A program made the translations under genes and the position numbers. The notes beneath the pieces were generated by a model. It did not search any database, had not been told where the DNA came from, and saw only the letters and a program-made list of their open reading frames with translations. A stretch of DNA of 64,000 nucleotides, taken from the IMG/VR virus record IMGVR_UViG_3300009285_007322; one strand, written 5' to 3'. Numbering within the stretch: the first letter of the stretch is position 1; each line of letters starts with the position of its first letter. Shown here piece by piece: positions 6,033 through 14,912 of the stretch. This stretch comes from a virus.

Positions 6033-6641
6033 TCAGCCCGGAACCGAGCTTTTCAGGCAGGAGCTTTCGGACAGTACCTTGCGGCACGCCCGTGCCAGTT
6101 CCAGGGCAGCTGCGTCCGACAGACGCTGACCACACAGGGGTCCGGCAGCATCTGCCAGCCTTGGGAACTTGGCCAGGTCGCACATGTTGGCCAGCGTGGT
6201 AACCGTTCCAATTTCCAGGATACTGAACTCATTGGCCCGTGGCATACCACCAATCCGGAACCACAGGTACGGCTCCAGGGCCTGTACCAGGCTGTCATAC
6301 AGGTAGTCTGCCAGATTGTCTCGTTCCCGGAAGCCATGGATAGTCATCCATGGCTTTTCAGCAAGACGAGTGATCTGGAACATTCCTTCCATTTGCCATT
6401 TCAGCTGGACCAGCTCGGCAGTCCTAGTAGTACTCAGATGCACATGGAACGGAATCCACCCACAATACATTCCAACATCGTTCATGCGATGGAAGGCGTT
6501 GTAGTAGACGCAGTCTCCCCGCTTGTCCAGTTCGACCGTCCAGGGGACATCGATCCCACTACCATGTGACAGTATATTTACCAGGGATTCCCATCCGGGA
6601 CACATCTCTGAGAACGGTCGTATCTTTGGTTTGCTACCCAT
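6033..6641 (-). CDS. Hypothetical protein (202 aa)
   Basis: 1 nt stop/start overlap with the upstream gene; GGAGA RBS. Confidence 0.75.
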   Translation of the reverse strand: MGSKPKIRPFSEMCPGWESLVNILSHGSGIDVPWTVELDKRGDCVYYNAFHRMNDVGMYCGWIPFHVHLSTTRTAELVQLKWQMEGMFQITRLAEKPWMTIHGFRERDNLADYLYDSLVQALEPYLWFRIGGMPRANEFSILEIGTVTTLANMCDLAKFPRLADAAGPLCGQRLSDAAALELARACRKVLSESSCLKSSVPG

Positions 6642-6949
6642 CAGGTCTCCTTTCCTTTTCCAAGTTCAGCCATGATCCTGTCCAGTTCCTTATCCATCTC
6701 CACGTACCATCCACGGAACCTGGCATGCAGTTCCTGCGGACCATCCACTGCGGTCAGTGTTCCTGCGTCCAGATTAACCAGTACAGTCTTCACGGCTGTA
6801 CCAGCAATACCGATAAGATCGTCGACCGCTTGTTCCAGTTTCAGTACTTGCCCCGCTACGGTACCTTCCAGCCGTCTTTCTACGATAGTCTTCTCCAGAT
6901 GTTCCGGAAGCGGCCACAACCCAGCCATGTCGTTGTAGATATTACTCAC
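6641..6949 (-). CDS. Hypothetical protein (102 aa)
   Basis: GTG at 6949 overlaps the upstream TAG. Confidence 0.7.
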   Translation of the reverse strand: MSNIYNDMAGLWPLPEHLEKTIVERRLEGTVAGQVLKLEQAVDDLIGIAGTAVKTVLVNLDAGTLTAVDGPQELHARFRGWYVEMDKELDRIMAELGKGKET

Positions 6950-8241
6950 TATAGGTTCCCTTCGTACAGGGCACTTGCTGCAGCAAGCGCTATCTTGGAA
7001 AGAGCGTGTCCGGCATCGTCCGCTCGGAACCGAGCCCATTCACGATCCTCACGGAAAAGGCCAATTGCCGGCTGATCATCCCAAACCAAGTCGCGCAGAC
7101 CGAATCTGGTAGACGATCCGTACGGTCTTGGCTGCAACGTATCGTTAAAGGTTTCCACCGCTTCCCATTCGCGTTCCGGCGGAACAAGCTTGCAGTCCTG
7201 GTCTTCGTCAACCAGCCTAATGCGCTTGATACCTCCTGTTGACAGCACGAACACTGCAGATACCACAGTGCCGTCCCTGCGGACGATTGTTGTACCTTTG
7301 TCGTGTTCCCACAGCGTTCCGGCATACGTTATCCCTTCGACTATGCGGGCTGCACCGGGAAGCGAGTCAAGCAACATACGGCGTCCGAGTGCACTGCGTA
7401 CCTTCACTTTCCAGGTGTCGAACCTGGGAGCCGTCTCCACACAGTTCATGGAGATATCAACCAGGCCTCCGGAAGAGGTCCTCCACACATCTGCCCGGCG
7501 GCGTACCGTGTCCATGCTGCTTTTCTCCACCTTAAGCCCCCGGAACAGCTCTCTGATCCACGGAGCCCGGTCGAAAGCCACAGAACAGCCGTTCAGGTGT
7601 ATGTCGCTGTTGCAGCCGGTGTCCAGATTCCAGGTTCCTGTACGCAACGTGTAGTCCAGCACAACGTTATCGTGCAAGGCGAGAAATGGAACATGCGACG
7701 CCTTCTTTGGAACAGCAGACTTTGCAGTGGTCTTCGTTGTGTGTTCATACGCATCATACGCTGCCTGAAAAAATCCAGCCATACATACAACAAGATCATC
7801 CGGATTCCTGGATGTGAACAGGCGGAATGGAGGATCGCCCCGGTATACGCGGTGACGCCTGTGTCCAACATTGACCAGTGTCCACACACCTGCATCGGAT
7901 TCGATGCGCACCACGTGCCCTGGGCATCCGGAGCTGACTGTCTGCTTCAGCCTGTCGGTTCTCCAGGTAAAGAGTTCCTGCGGCTGCAGTCTCACCAACT
8001 CCGCACTGTGTGACTTGGCAAGCGTTTCTGGATCAAAGATGTCAGAAAGCGCCAACACCTGGAATGGCCCAACCTCTGCTGTCTTGTCCTGCCCATCCAG
8101 TGACAGATGATCCAGCTTGCCCTTGATTTCCTCCGGCACGTAGTCCTGCTCAAGATTCACATAGCGTCCCTCGGCGCAGCTGTAGAGAGATGCAACGTGC
8201 CAACCGTTATCGAACTTGAATGTCACTTTATACATTCTCAT
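6949..8241 (-). CDS. Hypothetical protein (430 aa)
   Basis: Long ORF coupled to RusA by an ATGA overlap. Confidence 0.8.
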   Translation of the reverse strand: MRMYKVTFKFDNGWHVASLYSCAEGRYVNLEQDYVPEEIKGKLDHLSLDGQDKTAEVGPFQVLALSDIFDPETLAKSHSAELVRLQPQELFTWRTDRLKQTVSSGCPGHVVRIESDAGVWTLVNVGHRRHRVYRGDPPFRLFTSRNPDDLVVCMAGFFQAAYDAYEHTTKTTAKSAVPKKASHVPFLALHDNVVLDYTLRTGTWNLDTGCNSDIHLNGCSVAFDRAPWIRELFRGLKVEKSSMDTVRRRADVWRTSSGGLVDISMNCVETAPRFDTWKVKVRSALGRRMLLDSLPGAARIVEGITYAGTLWEHDKGTTIVRRDGTVVSAVFVLSTGGIKRIRLVDEDQDCKLVPPEREWEAVETFNDTLQPRPYGSSTRFGLRDLVWDDQPAIGLFREDREWARFRADDAGHALSKIALAAASALYEGNL

Positions 8242-8795
8242 ATCAGACTTTCCTTTTTCTGTTCCGGGTGCTGCTCCAACAGCTCCTTAGTCTGTTCCTC
8301 GAAAGGTATCAGCCACACCAGAATACATGTCCTGGGACAGGTCTTCTTTCTGCCGCAGGAGTCCTTCGGCTGACCCTTCCTCTTCCCAGCCCGTATAATG
8401 GGCTTCAGCGGACATCCTCCGCACAGCGGTATTCTGCGGCTGCCATCGTGCCCGCAGATCAGCCGGTCGTTCTTCAGAACGCCCGTGTCCTCGAGTATGT
8501 CTTCGACAGCCTGGTACAGATTGCTCAGGTCGGGAACCGACTCCGAATCGGGTTCCCACGGTCCGAACAGCAGGCACTTCATGACCACAGGGCAGGAGAT
8601 AGGCTCGGATGGCATTTCCTGGGCTTCCAACTGCTTCTTGGCAGCGGTCATGAACCTGCGGGCCTTCTTGCTCATGAAGGGGATGAATGCCATCTTCCCG
8701 GTAGTCTTGGACCTGATCGGAGCCACGCTCTTGCTGTTCTTCAACACAGCCGGCTCGAGATCCAAACGGAACTTCCAGATGCGCAGGTCTTGCAT
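8238..8795 (-). CDS. rusA: RusA-family Holliday junction resolvase
   Basis: PDLSNLYQAVEDILEDTGVLKNDRLI matches the RusA PDxDNxxKxxxDxLxxxGxxxDDxxI pattern; N-terminal P..KNS motif. Confidence 0.75.
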   Translation of the reverse strand: MQDLRIWKFRLDLEPAVLKNSKSVAPIRSKTTGKMAFIPFMSKKARRFMTAAKKQLEAQEMPSEPISCPVVMKCLLFGPWEPDSESVPDLSNLYQAVEDILEDTGVLKNDRLICGHDGSRRIPLCGGCPLKPIIRAGKRKGQPKDSCGRKKTCPRTCILVWLIPFEEQTKELLEQHPEQKKESLI

Positions 8796-9296
8796 CTACG
8801 ACACCAATTGCCGACGCAGTTTGGCTATCTCGGCCCGTATCCCAGCATTCTTGGCTGTTCGTTGCCGGAGGGCACGCTTTGCCTTGTTGGCTTTCATTCT
8901 TTCGGCGTAGCTGTGGCGCTCGCATTCCACAAGTTTGAATCCGACGATTTCCGGAAGGTCGTCCTCGTTCAGCATATCGGACAGATATGTAACCACGGCA
9001 GCCGCCCTACCCCTGGAACCGAATAGTTTGGCGCACTCGAAATCCCGCGTAGACTGCGGGCTATCGCCCCAATGCACCGTCCGCTTGGCCGCCCACTCTC
9101 CGTCCTTGTACTGCAGCGCGTATATCGCCAGGCCAGAGACACCGGAAGCAAGCTCAGGCTGTCCTACGCTTCCCGCAGGTGCACGAAGACTTTCGCGTAC
9201 ATCATTGGAGCTGTCTTCGACAATCTCAGGCCGTTCACGCAGGTGTCTACAAGCGTTGCCGGAATCTCTCCCAGTACTTCCACATTTCCGTGCCAT
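8796..9296 (-). CDS. Hypothetical protein with basic C-terminal helix (start uncertain)
   Basis: Stop abuts the RusA start. The 5' part overlaps the upstream gene, so the real start is probably near 9150. Confidence 0.55.
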   Translation of the reverse strand: MARKCGSTGRDSGNACRHLRERPEIVEDSSNDVRESLRAPAGSVGQPELASGVSGLAIYALQYKDGEWAAKRTVHWGDSPQSTRDFECAKLFGSRGRAAAVVTYLSDMLNEDDLPEIVGFKLVECERHSYAERMKANKAKRALRQRTAKNAGIRAEIAKLRRQLVS

Positions 9297-9811
9297 AGGA
9301 TGAGTTTCTTTCCTGTTTTGGCTTCCAGCCGTTCCTTTTCAGACATGATATGCGTAGCCAGCGTCCTACCCAGATGGACAGCTACCAGGTCCGGATTGCC
9401 CTTGTACGGATGCAGCCTGGGATCCATGTGGGGAGTACGAACCGGGAACTTGGCTTCCGGTTGCACATCGCTTCCCGGCACAGGTGTGCCGTAGCTGTCG
9501 ACTAGTGCAGCTTGCGGAATGCCGATATTTCCGTTGACGGCCTTCACCGGAACCCATACGCTGACGGTATTTGCCTGCCGGGGCCGCAGCTGCAGGAGCA
9601 CGTCCTTGAATACCCGCTCAGCGATTCCAGACAGTTCCGGCATGTACCTTTCGTATGCAGTTTCTATGGGAACCGCTGATGCCTGCAGACCCGCAGGTCT
9701 CGATGGATCCAGCAGTGCAAATGCACCATCCTGCGGAACTTCAGTCCTCTTCATCGTCTGACTCACTGAAGAAACCGGATTCTGTTTCGGCATCCTCTTC
9801 TTCCTCGTCAT
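9164..9811 (-). CDS. Hypothetical protein
   Basis: Long ORF in the operon direction. Confidence 0.7.
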   Translation of the reverse strand: MTRKKRMPKQNPVSSVSQTMKRTEVPQDGAFALLDPSRPAGLQASAVPIETAYERYMPELSGIAERVFKDVLLQLRPRQANTVSVWVPVKAVNGNIGIPQAALVDSYGTPVPGSDVQPEAKFPVRTPHMDPRLHPYKGNPDLVAVHLGRTLATHIMSEKERLEAKTGKKLILWHGNVEVLGEIPATLVDTCVNGLRLSKTAPMMYAKVFVHLREA

Positions 9812-10061
9812 CGGGCAGAACAGGTTTTCTGGTAGGTGAGAGCCCCAGCTCCAGATCCTCGTCCGAAGGCTCTTTCAGCGACAGTACACTTTCTTCCACG
9901 AATGGAGACAGCACCGATCTCTTTTCAAGCTCCAGCCAGTTGGCCTCTACCGCGAACAGGTATCCTGTCTCTGGATCCCTGTACACGTAGAGTTCTGTAA
10001 GTGTGCCGTCTTCAGGGTCCCCGAACAAGAAATGTCCTCTCACCTCTGCCTTGAAACGCAT
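9741..10061 (-). CDS. Acidic hypothetical protein (106 aa)
   Basis: ORF in the operon direction with an acidic tail. Confidence 0.65.
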   Translation of the reverse strand: MRFKAEVRGHFLFGDPEDGTLTELYVYRDPETGYLFAVEANWLELEKRSVLSPFVEESVLSLKEPSDEDLELGLSPTRKPVLPDDEEEEDAETESGFFSESDDEED

Positions 10062-10075
10062 TCAGTGTCCTTTCC

Positions 10076-11923
10076 TCATCCTATGTATTTCTTTGCACGT
10101 CTTGATGGATTCATGGTCGGAGGCATCGTGTACTGCGGAGCATCCGCGGAATCGATTCCGACAGACGCATCGCTCGCGATACCGGTAGCTGCCTTCACAT
10201 TGTCCTGTGCGGAAGGCCGAGGAGCGTTCTTAGTCCATTCCGGCTTGGCGGCTTGCCGCAAGGAATTCGGCATATTCGCCTCCTGGGCCGCTATACGCTT
10301 CCTGGCTTCGGCTTTGGCAATCTCCACCTGATTGGCGGGGGAGCGTGCCTGCGCTGTAGCTAGTTTCGTTCTGTGCTCGGCTTCCAGCTGATTATGTATG
10401 CGCTGGCCCATGGTGGCCTGCGGAGTTCCAGCCCGGTATACAGGATTCGCTGGCGGCGGAATCTGAGCCGGAGCCTGCGCCCTAAACGTGCTGCCAGGAG
10501 CATACCGGGCAACCAGTTCCCTTGGAGACGGAGCTGTCACAAGTCCAGACCTGATAGCCTGTGCATCCCGCCTGGACTGCGTTGCACGAACACCGGCTCG
10601 TGCGTTGGCCGCCTGAGTAGCCTGTTGTTTCCGCGTTGACAGAACAGCCTCGGAAAGCGACTTGGCCATAGCAGACGGACCGGCAGCCTGTGCCGGAACT
10701 CCTGGTTGAGTAGCCCCGGACGTCACAGCAGCTTCAAATGCTGCTTCATTTGGGAATAAGTCACCTTGTCCACTCTGGATAAGATTATTACGTGCTCTTT
10801 CCCTTGCAGCCTGTGCCGGGTCAGGAGGCAGGGCTTCCATCGCAGGAGACGGAGCCAGGAACTCTCCGATGTTCATCGGGACTGTGCGTCCGAAACGCGA
10901 ATCCGGCGTACCGATCAGCTGATTGGTGGCTGCCAGACTCGCATACATTTCCGGATTGATGTTCGCCTGGTCATCAACATGCCGCGTCCAGCGGGCGGCG
11001 TTCCGGTTAGCGTAGAAGGCTTTCTGCAGATCAGCTTGCTTGTCTTTGCTGTTCGCCCACGCATCGGCAGCGTTTAGGCTGGTCTGGCCTCCAACGCCAG
11101 TCTGCAATGCAGGATCCCAGTAGTTGACGTTTCCAGTCTTGTCCTGGTAGAAGAAGCCATGGGCTGGGGCCCGACGTGGAGCAGCAGGAGCAGGATTGTC
11201 CGCTTCCGTTAACTTGGCATTTGTAACGGATGCCATCATTTCATCCGCATGCGCGCCCACTATATTCAGGGCGTCTTCTTTCCCTGCCGCAATCTCCTCT
11301 ACAATCTCGGCTGCCTTGGCTGGATCTTTGGCAAATTGGAATTTACTAGCCAATGCCTGCGCCAGGTATGACTTGGTGGCCGGATACGTGGCAAACGCAA
11401 TTAAACGTTTCATGGCATCAGGGCGCTTGGCAGCAGCTTCTTTAACCGCGTCAGCCCTCTGATCTTGTTTCCAGGCCTTCAGAAATGGAAGAAAACCCGC
11501 CCTGAACTCAGGATCACTCTTACTTAGTTTGGTCCACCGGCTCTCGGTGTTAAACCTGTAGCCTGCCAGCTCGGGATTGTTCTTCTCGAGATACTTGCGT
11601 ATATAAGCCTGCGCTGCGGACTGCATCGATTCGTCGGCGTCTATGTCTTCCCAATCCAGCTCAATGGGTTTCTTAGATTTACCGCCCTCTAATGGTGCTG
11701 ATGCCTTTTCGGGCTGTACTGCCTGTTTACGTGCAGTATCCTCCGCTACCGTTTGTCCGAATCCTGCATTCACCAGGGCATCGAACTCTGATACAGGAGT
11801 GCCATAGGAAACTTGTGGATTTCCAGATGACACATCTATACTTACTGGACGTGCTGTATCCGCGTACTTACCAGTACCCATACGTTGTATCCAATCAGTA
11901 GTCGGACGAAACAGCTCGTCCAT
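10076..11923 (-). CDS. Large Ala/Gln/Pro-rich hypothetical protein (615 aa), possibly a virion internal protein
   Basis: Long ORF; low-complexity helical composition. Function is inference only. Confidence 0.75.
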   Translation of the reverse strand: MDELFRPTTDWIQRMGTGKYADTARPVSIDVSSGNPQVSYGTPVSEFDALVNAGFGQTVAEDTARKQAVQPEKASAPLEGGKSKKPIELDWEDIDADESMQSAAQAYIRKYLEKNNPELAGYRFNTESRWTKLSKSDPEFRAGFLPFLKAWKQDQRADAVKEAAAKRPDAMKRLIAFATYPATKSYLAQALASKFQFAKDPAKAAEIVEEIAAGKEDALNIVGAHADEMMASVTNAKLTEADNPAPAAPRRAPAHGFFYQDKTGNVNYWDPALQTGVGGQTSLNAADAWANSKDKQADLQKAFYANRNAARWTRHVDDQANINPEMYASLAATNQLIGTPDSRFGRTVPMNIGEFLAPSPAMEALPPDPAQAARERARNNLIQSGQGDLFPNEAAFEAAVTSGATQPGVPAQAAGPSAMAKSLSEAVLSTRKQQATQAANARAGVRATQSRRDAQAIRSGLVTAPSPRELVARYAPGSTFRAQAPAQIPPPANPVYRAGTPQATMGQRIHNQLEAEHRTKLATAQARSPANQVEIAKAEARKRIAAQEANMPNSLRQAAKPEWTKNAPRPSAQDNVKAATGIASDASVGIDSADAPQYTMPPTMNPSRRAKKYIG

Positions 11924-12320
11924 CTGGCACTATAGCCTTCACTTCGTCGGGCAGGATGTCGGGGCAGGTCTGCCGCAGGTCGATCAGCAGCGGTTCGTTC
12001 TCCACATCCCGGACCGGAAGCAGATGTCGCACACAGGACGGAACGATCGGAATTTCGGTGGTCTTGCCATGCTGGACGGCAAGCATCATCAGCTCGCCTA
12101 TCCGGTACTGTCTCTTCCCGACCAGTTCCTGGAACGTATCCGGTATCCGAATCACAGACACCAGAAGAGGACCATCCTTCCAGCAGATCTGGGATTCCAG
12201 CATTTTCCGCACGAACCCCAGGGCGGTGCGGCAGCAGAACACCTGCTGGCTGTCGGGGAAGAATTCGACGAACTGCGGACGATCCTTGAGGAGAGCCGTG
12301 CGCACAGACAGGCTGAGCAT
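11895..12320 (-). CDS. Hypothetical protein (141 aa)
   Basis: ATG at 12320, just downstream of the predicted IS right end. Confidence 0.6.
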   Translation of the reverse strand: MLSLSVRTALLKDRPQFVEFFPDSQQVFCCRTALGFVRKMLESQICWKDGPLLVSVIRIPDTFQELVGKRQYRIGELMMLAVQHGKTTEIPIVPSCVRHLLPVRDVENEPLLIDLRQTCPDILPDEVKAIVPDGRAVSSDY

Positions 12321-12331
12321 TCGTGAACCTG

Positions 12332-13510
12332 CTACCTTTCTTGTGCACAGCGATGTGCACGGCAAAGTTCCTGCTTCGTCCCGCCCACAGGCGCAGATGC
12401 TCCTGATTCTGGACAGTCCACAGGCATTACTTCCCGGCTAGCCGCCGGTAGTTGTTGAACCAGGTTCCGAGCCGCATTGAGGTCGCGGTCCAGAACCAGC
12501 CCACAAGCATCGCATTCGAACATGCGCTGCGACAGCTTCAGAGCAGGCTTCACCTGACCGCAATTCGAGCAAGTTTTGGAACTTGGAAACCAGCGGTTGA
12601 CTACATGGATCACGGCGCCGAACGCCGCGGCCTTGTACTCCAGCTGCCTCCGCATTTCACCAAAGGCTTCTTCGGAGACATGTCTGGCCAGTTTTCGATT
12701 TCGAACCATGCCCGCTACCAACAGGTCCTCGATGACCACCGCTTTGTTCTCGCGAAGGATTATCGTGGTCGCCTTGTGCAGAAAGTCCTTGTGGATATTG
12801 GCAATCCGCCAGTGGATCTTGGCTATCCTCTTTGCCGACCTCACCCGGTTCCTGGAGCCCTTGGCTTTGCGCGAGTGCTGGCGCTGCACGCGCCTGAGTT
12901 TGCGTAACTGTTTCTTCAAGGGCTTCGGGGACCGAAACACCTGTCCGGTAGAGAGTGTGATGGATGCTTTGATTCCAAGATCCACGCCGACGCTTCCGGT
13001 TCCCGGCGTTGTCTCCGGAAGTTCGGCATCCATCGATATCGAAACGTACCAGCGGTCAGCCACTCGGCTGACTACTGCACCCTGCCTCTTGCCTTGGAAA
13101 CGCAGGGCCTCGGTCATCTTCACCCAGCCCAGAACAGGAAGATGTATGCGACGACCGTCCACCCTGAACTTGTCATTGGCTACATAAAAGCTGTCCTTCT
13201 GTCCCTTGCGCTTGAACACGGGCCTTTTAGCCGTTCCCCGGAAGAAAGCTGAGAAGCCTCTCTGCAGGTTCTGGAATGGCTGGCTGTGCGCGTCCCTGTG
13301 GATCTCGGCGATCCAAGGAAACTCTTGGTACTTGATCTCGTTGAACTGTTTCTTCAGATCCAGCCCCGATGGCTTGCCTCCGGCCTCGTACTGACTGTTC
13401 CAGGCGGCTAGAGCCCAATTGTAGACGAATCTAGCCGTACCGCAGGCCTTGCGGAAGTACCGCTCCTGACCGCAGGTAGGCTTGAGTTCGATTTTATGGG
13501 CTCTCTGCAC
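12332..13510 (-). CDS. tnpB: RNA-guided endonuclease TnpB (IS607/IS1341 type)
   Basis: N-terminal HTH AHKIELKPT..ARFVYNWAL; RuvC-I VGVDLGIK; RuvC-II VIEDL; Zn finger CSNCG..CDACG; RuvC-III DRDLNAARNL. All three catalytic acids are present. Confidence 0.95.
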   Translation of the reverse strand: MQRAHKIELKPTCGQERYFRKACGTARFVYNWALAAWNSQYEAGGKPSGLDLKKQFNEIKYQEFPWIAEIHRDAHSQPFQNLQRGFSAFFRGTAKRPVFKRKGQKDSFYVANDKFRVDGRRIHLPVLGWVKMTEALRFQGKRQGAVVSRVADRWYVSISMDAELPETTPGTGSVGVDLGIKASITLSTGQVFRSPKPLKKQLRKLRRVQRQHSRKAKGSRNRVRSAKRIAKIHWRIANIHKDFLHKATTIILRENKAVVIEDLLVAGMVRNRKLARHVSEEAFGEMRRQLEYKAAAFGAVIHVVNRWFPSSKTCSNCGQVKPALKLSQRMFECDACGLVLDRDLNAARNLVQQLPAASREVMPVDCPESGASAPVGGTKQELCRAHRCAQER

Positions 13511-13629
13511 TATTCTTCCTTTACAGCCAGAGCATCCTTCAACGCCTTGCGGTAGTTACGGAGGCCGTACAAGCAGGCGTTGAAGGATAGGTAGTCTAGG
13601 TCAGTACTCCTTGCTGTCTGTGCGCACAT
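13510..13629 (-). pseudogene. 39 aa ORF whose C-terminal half resembles the C-terminal helix of IS607 TnpA
   Basis: MCAQTARSTDLDYLSFNACLYGLRNYRKALKDALAVKEE; AGGAGA RBS; its TAG overlaps the tnpB GTG. SFNACLYGLRNYRK resembles the IS607 TnpA FSARLYGLRSYK-type ending (recalled). Confidence 0.6.
13534..13588. repeat. 14 bp perfect inverted repeat ATCCTTCAACGCCT / AGGCGTTGAAGGAT
   Basis: Arms at 13534-13547 and 13575-13588. Confidence 0.9.
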
Positions 13630-13649
13630 TATCTCCTATTTCTGGGTTG

Positions 13650-14468
13650 TCAAATCCTTTTCGCTGTTTCCGGTTCTGCACCTCTGAGCACTACATCTTC
13701 CCGGTTCACCACAGATCCGAACGGAGGAAACGTCAGAGACCGGAACACAGACCTCTCCACAACGAGATCCGGATTCCTCCTGGCTTCGTGCCTGACAGGA
13801 AGTTTGTCAATCTCCTCCGCGGTGAAGCGCCTGGTAACCAGCTGACGCTGGCAGTACACTCCCCGTTTGTACTCCGCAGGATAGTCATTCCAATTGATAC
13901 CCTTCTCAAACAGCATCTCCTGCATCTGGTTCGACGACTTGCCAAACAGTTCCCTGTGGGAATAGAACTGTTGCGCCGCCATCGAGATGCTATTGCGAAC
14001 TGCGTCCTGTTCTCGCCAGAGAAACACGTTCGCCGCTTCGGTCTCGGCAGGAACAACCCATACCCGTGCGTCGAACGTAGGATTCATGCAGGTGACAGAC
14101 GTTCCGAACACAGTCGTGGCATTCCTGTCGAACCACAGGGTAGTCTGCGCAGCCAGCTGCGAAGTCATCTTGGCTATGCGCCCATCGAACCAGATCTGGC
14201 TTTTCGGATTGGGAGCATACCAAACGAATGTGATCTCGTCCGATTGGGTATATCCCAGGAGGGCATTCGTCTCTTCGCAGACACGCAGCATAGTCAGTTC
14301 CATGCAGCGCCTGAAGCTGGAGTCGAACGGCCTTTCCATGTTCCTGGTCAGTCTGTGAAATGCCCGGCCGTCCACCCTGCCCAATACAGGAAGCATGGGC
14401 AGCAGTCTCCTGCCGGACTCCTGTCTCTCGTACGTGCGCATGCGGCTATCCAGCGATCCCGATGCCAC
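13650..14468 (-). CDS. thg1: tRNA(His) guanylyltransferase Thg1-family (Thg1-like 3'-5' polymerase)
   Basis: RMRTYE..RVDGRAFHRLT..PFD..YTQSDEITF..FDGRIAKM..FDARV..WREQDAVRNSI..GINWNDYP..KRG; both metal-binding Asp motifs are present. Confidence 0.93.
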   Translation of the reverse strand: MASGSLDSRMRTYERQESGRRLLPMLPVLGRVDGRAFHRLTRNMERPFDSSFRRCMELTMLRVCEETNALLGYTQSDEITFVWYAPNPKSQIWFDGRIAKMTSQLAAQTTLWFDRNATTVFGTSVTCMNPTFDARVWVVPAETEAANVFLWREQDAVRNSISMAAQQFYSHRELFGKSSNQMQEMLFEKGINWNDYPAEYKRGVYCQRQLVTRRFTAEEIDKLPVRHEARRNPDLVVERSVFRSLTFPPFGSVVNREDVVLRGAEPETAKRI

Positions 14469-14472
14469 GATG

Positions 14473-14868
14473 TCACCTGTATTTGTTCATCGGACATGTT
14501 GTGTGCGGTATAGGAAGGCCCCTAAGCGGCGTACCGTCAGGCGACGGAAGCCTGTCCAGAGGCATATCGGTTATAGCGCACGCAGGCTGGTAGTTGTTGT
14601 CTCTGCATCCCCGCTTCAGGAACGCACACGAATATCCGGCCACAAAATCAGACGCGCACACGTCGAATCCTTCAACGCTGCGGAAGATGCTGACAGGCAG
14701 CATCACTGTCTCTGTGTGCACATTGGCCTTGCACTCGGCATAGCACTCTCTGCACACATGCAGATTTCGAAGTTCCACTCTGAACCCTGGAACCTTGTAC
14801 CTGATAGAACCCAGTCTGCGTCTGTGTCCGCAGCGATGGCATTTTCCATTCCAATATGATTGGAACAT
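14473..14868 (-). CDS. Cys-rich putative Zn-binding protein (131 aa)
   Basis: CHRC..CRECYAEC. Confidence 0.6.
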   Translation of the reverse strand: MFQSYWNGKCHRCGHRRRLGSIRYKVPGFRVELRNLHVCRECYAECKANVHTETVMLPVSIFRSVEGFDVCASDFVAGYSCAFLKRGCRDNNYQPACAITDMPLDRLPSPDGTPLRGLPIPHTTCPMNKYR

Positions 14869-14912
14869 GGTCTTTCCTTTCTTATGAAGCCGGACAGCCG
14901 GACACGACCGGT

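Larger units (their letters stand above)
12328..13629 (-). mobile_element. Degenerate IS607-type element (tnpA remnant plus tnpB)
   Basis: The tnpB 3' region has the GAAGCAGGAA motif, a GTGCACA-TCGC-TGTGCAC hairpin and ends ..GTAGCAGG, a plausible right end at 12328. No intact serine recombinase or recognisable left end. Confidence 0.65.
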
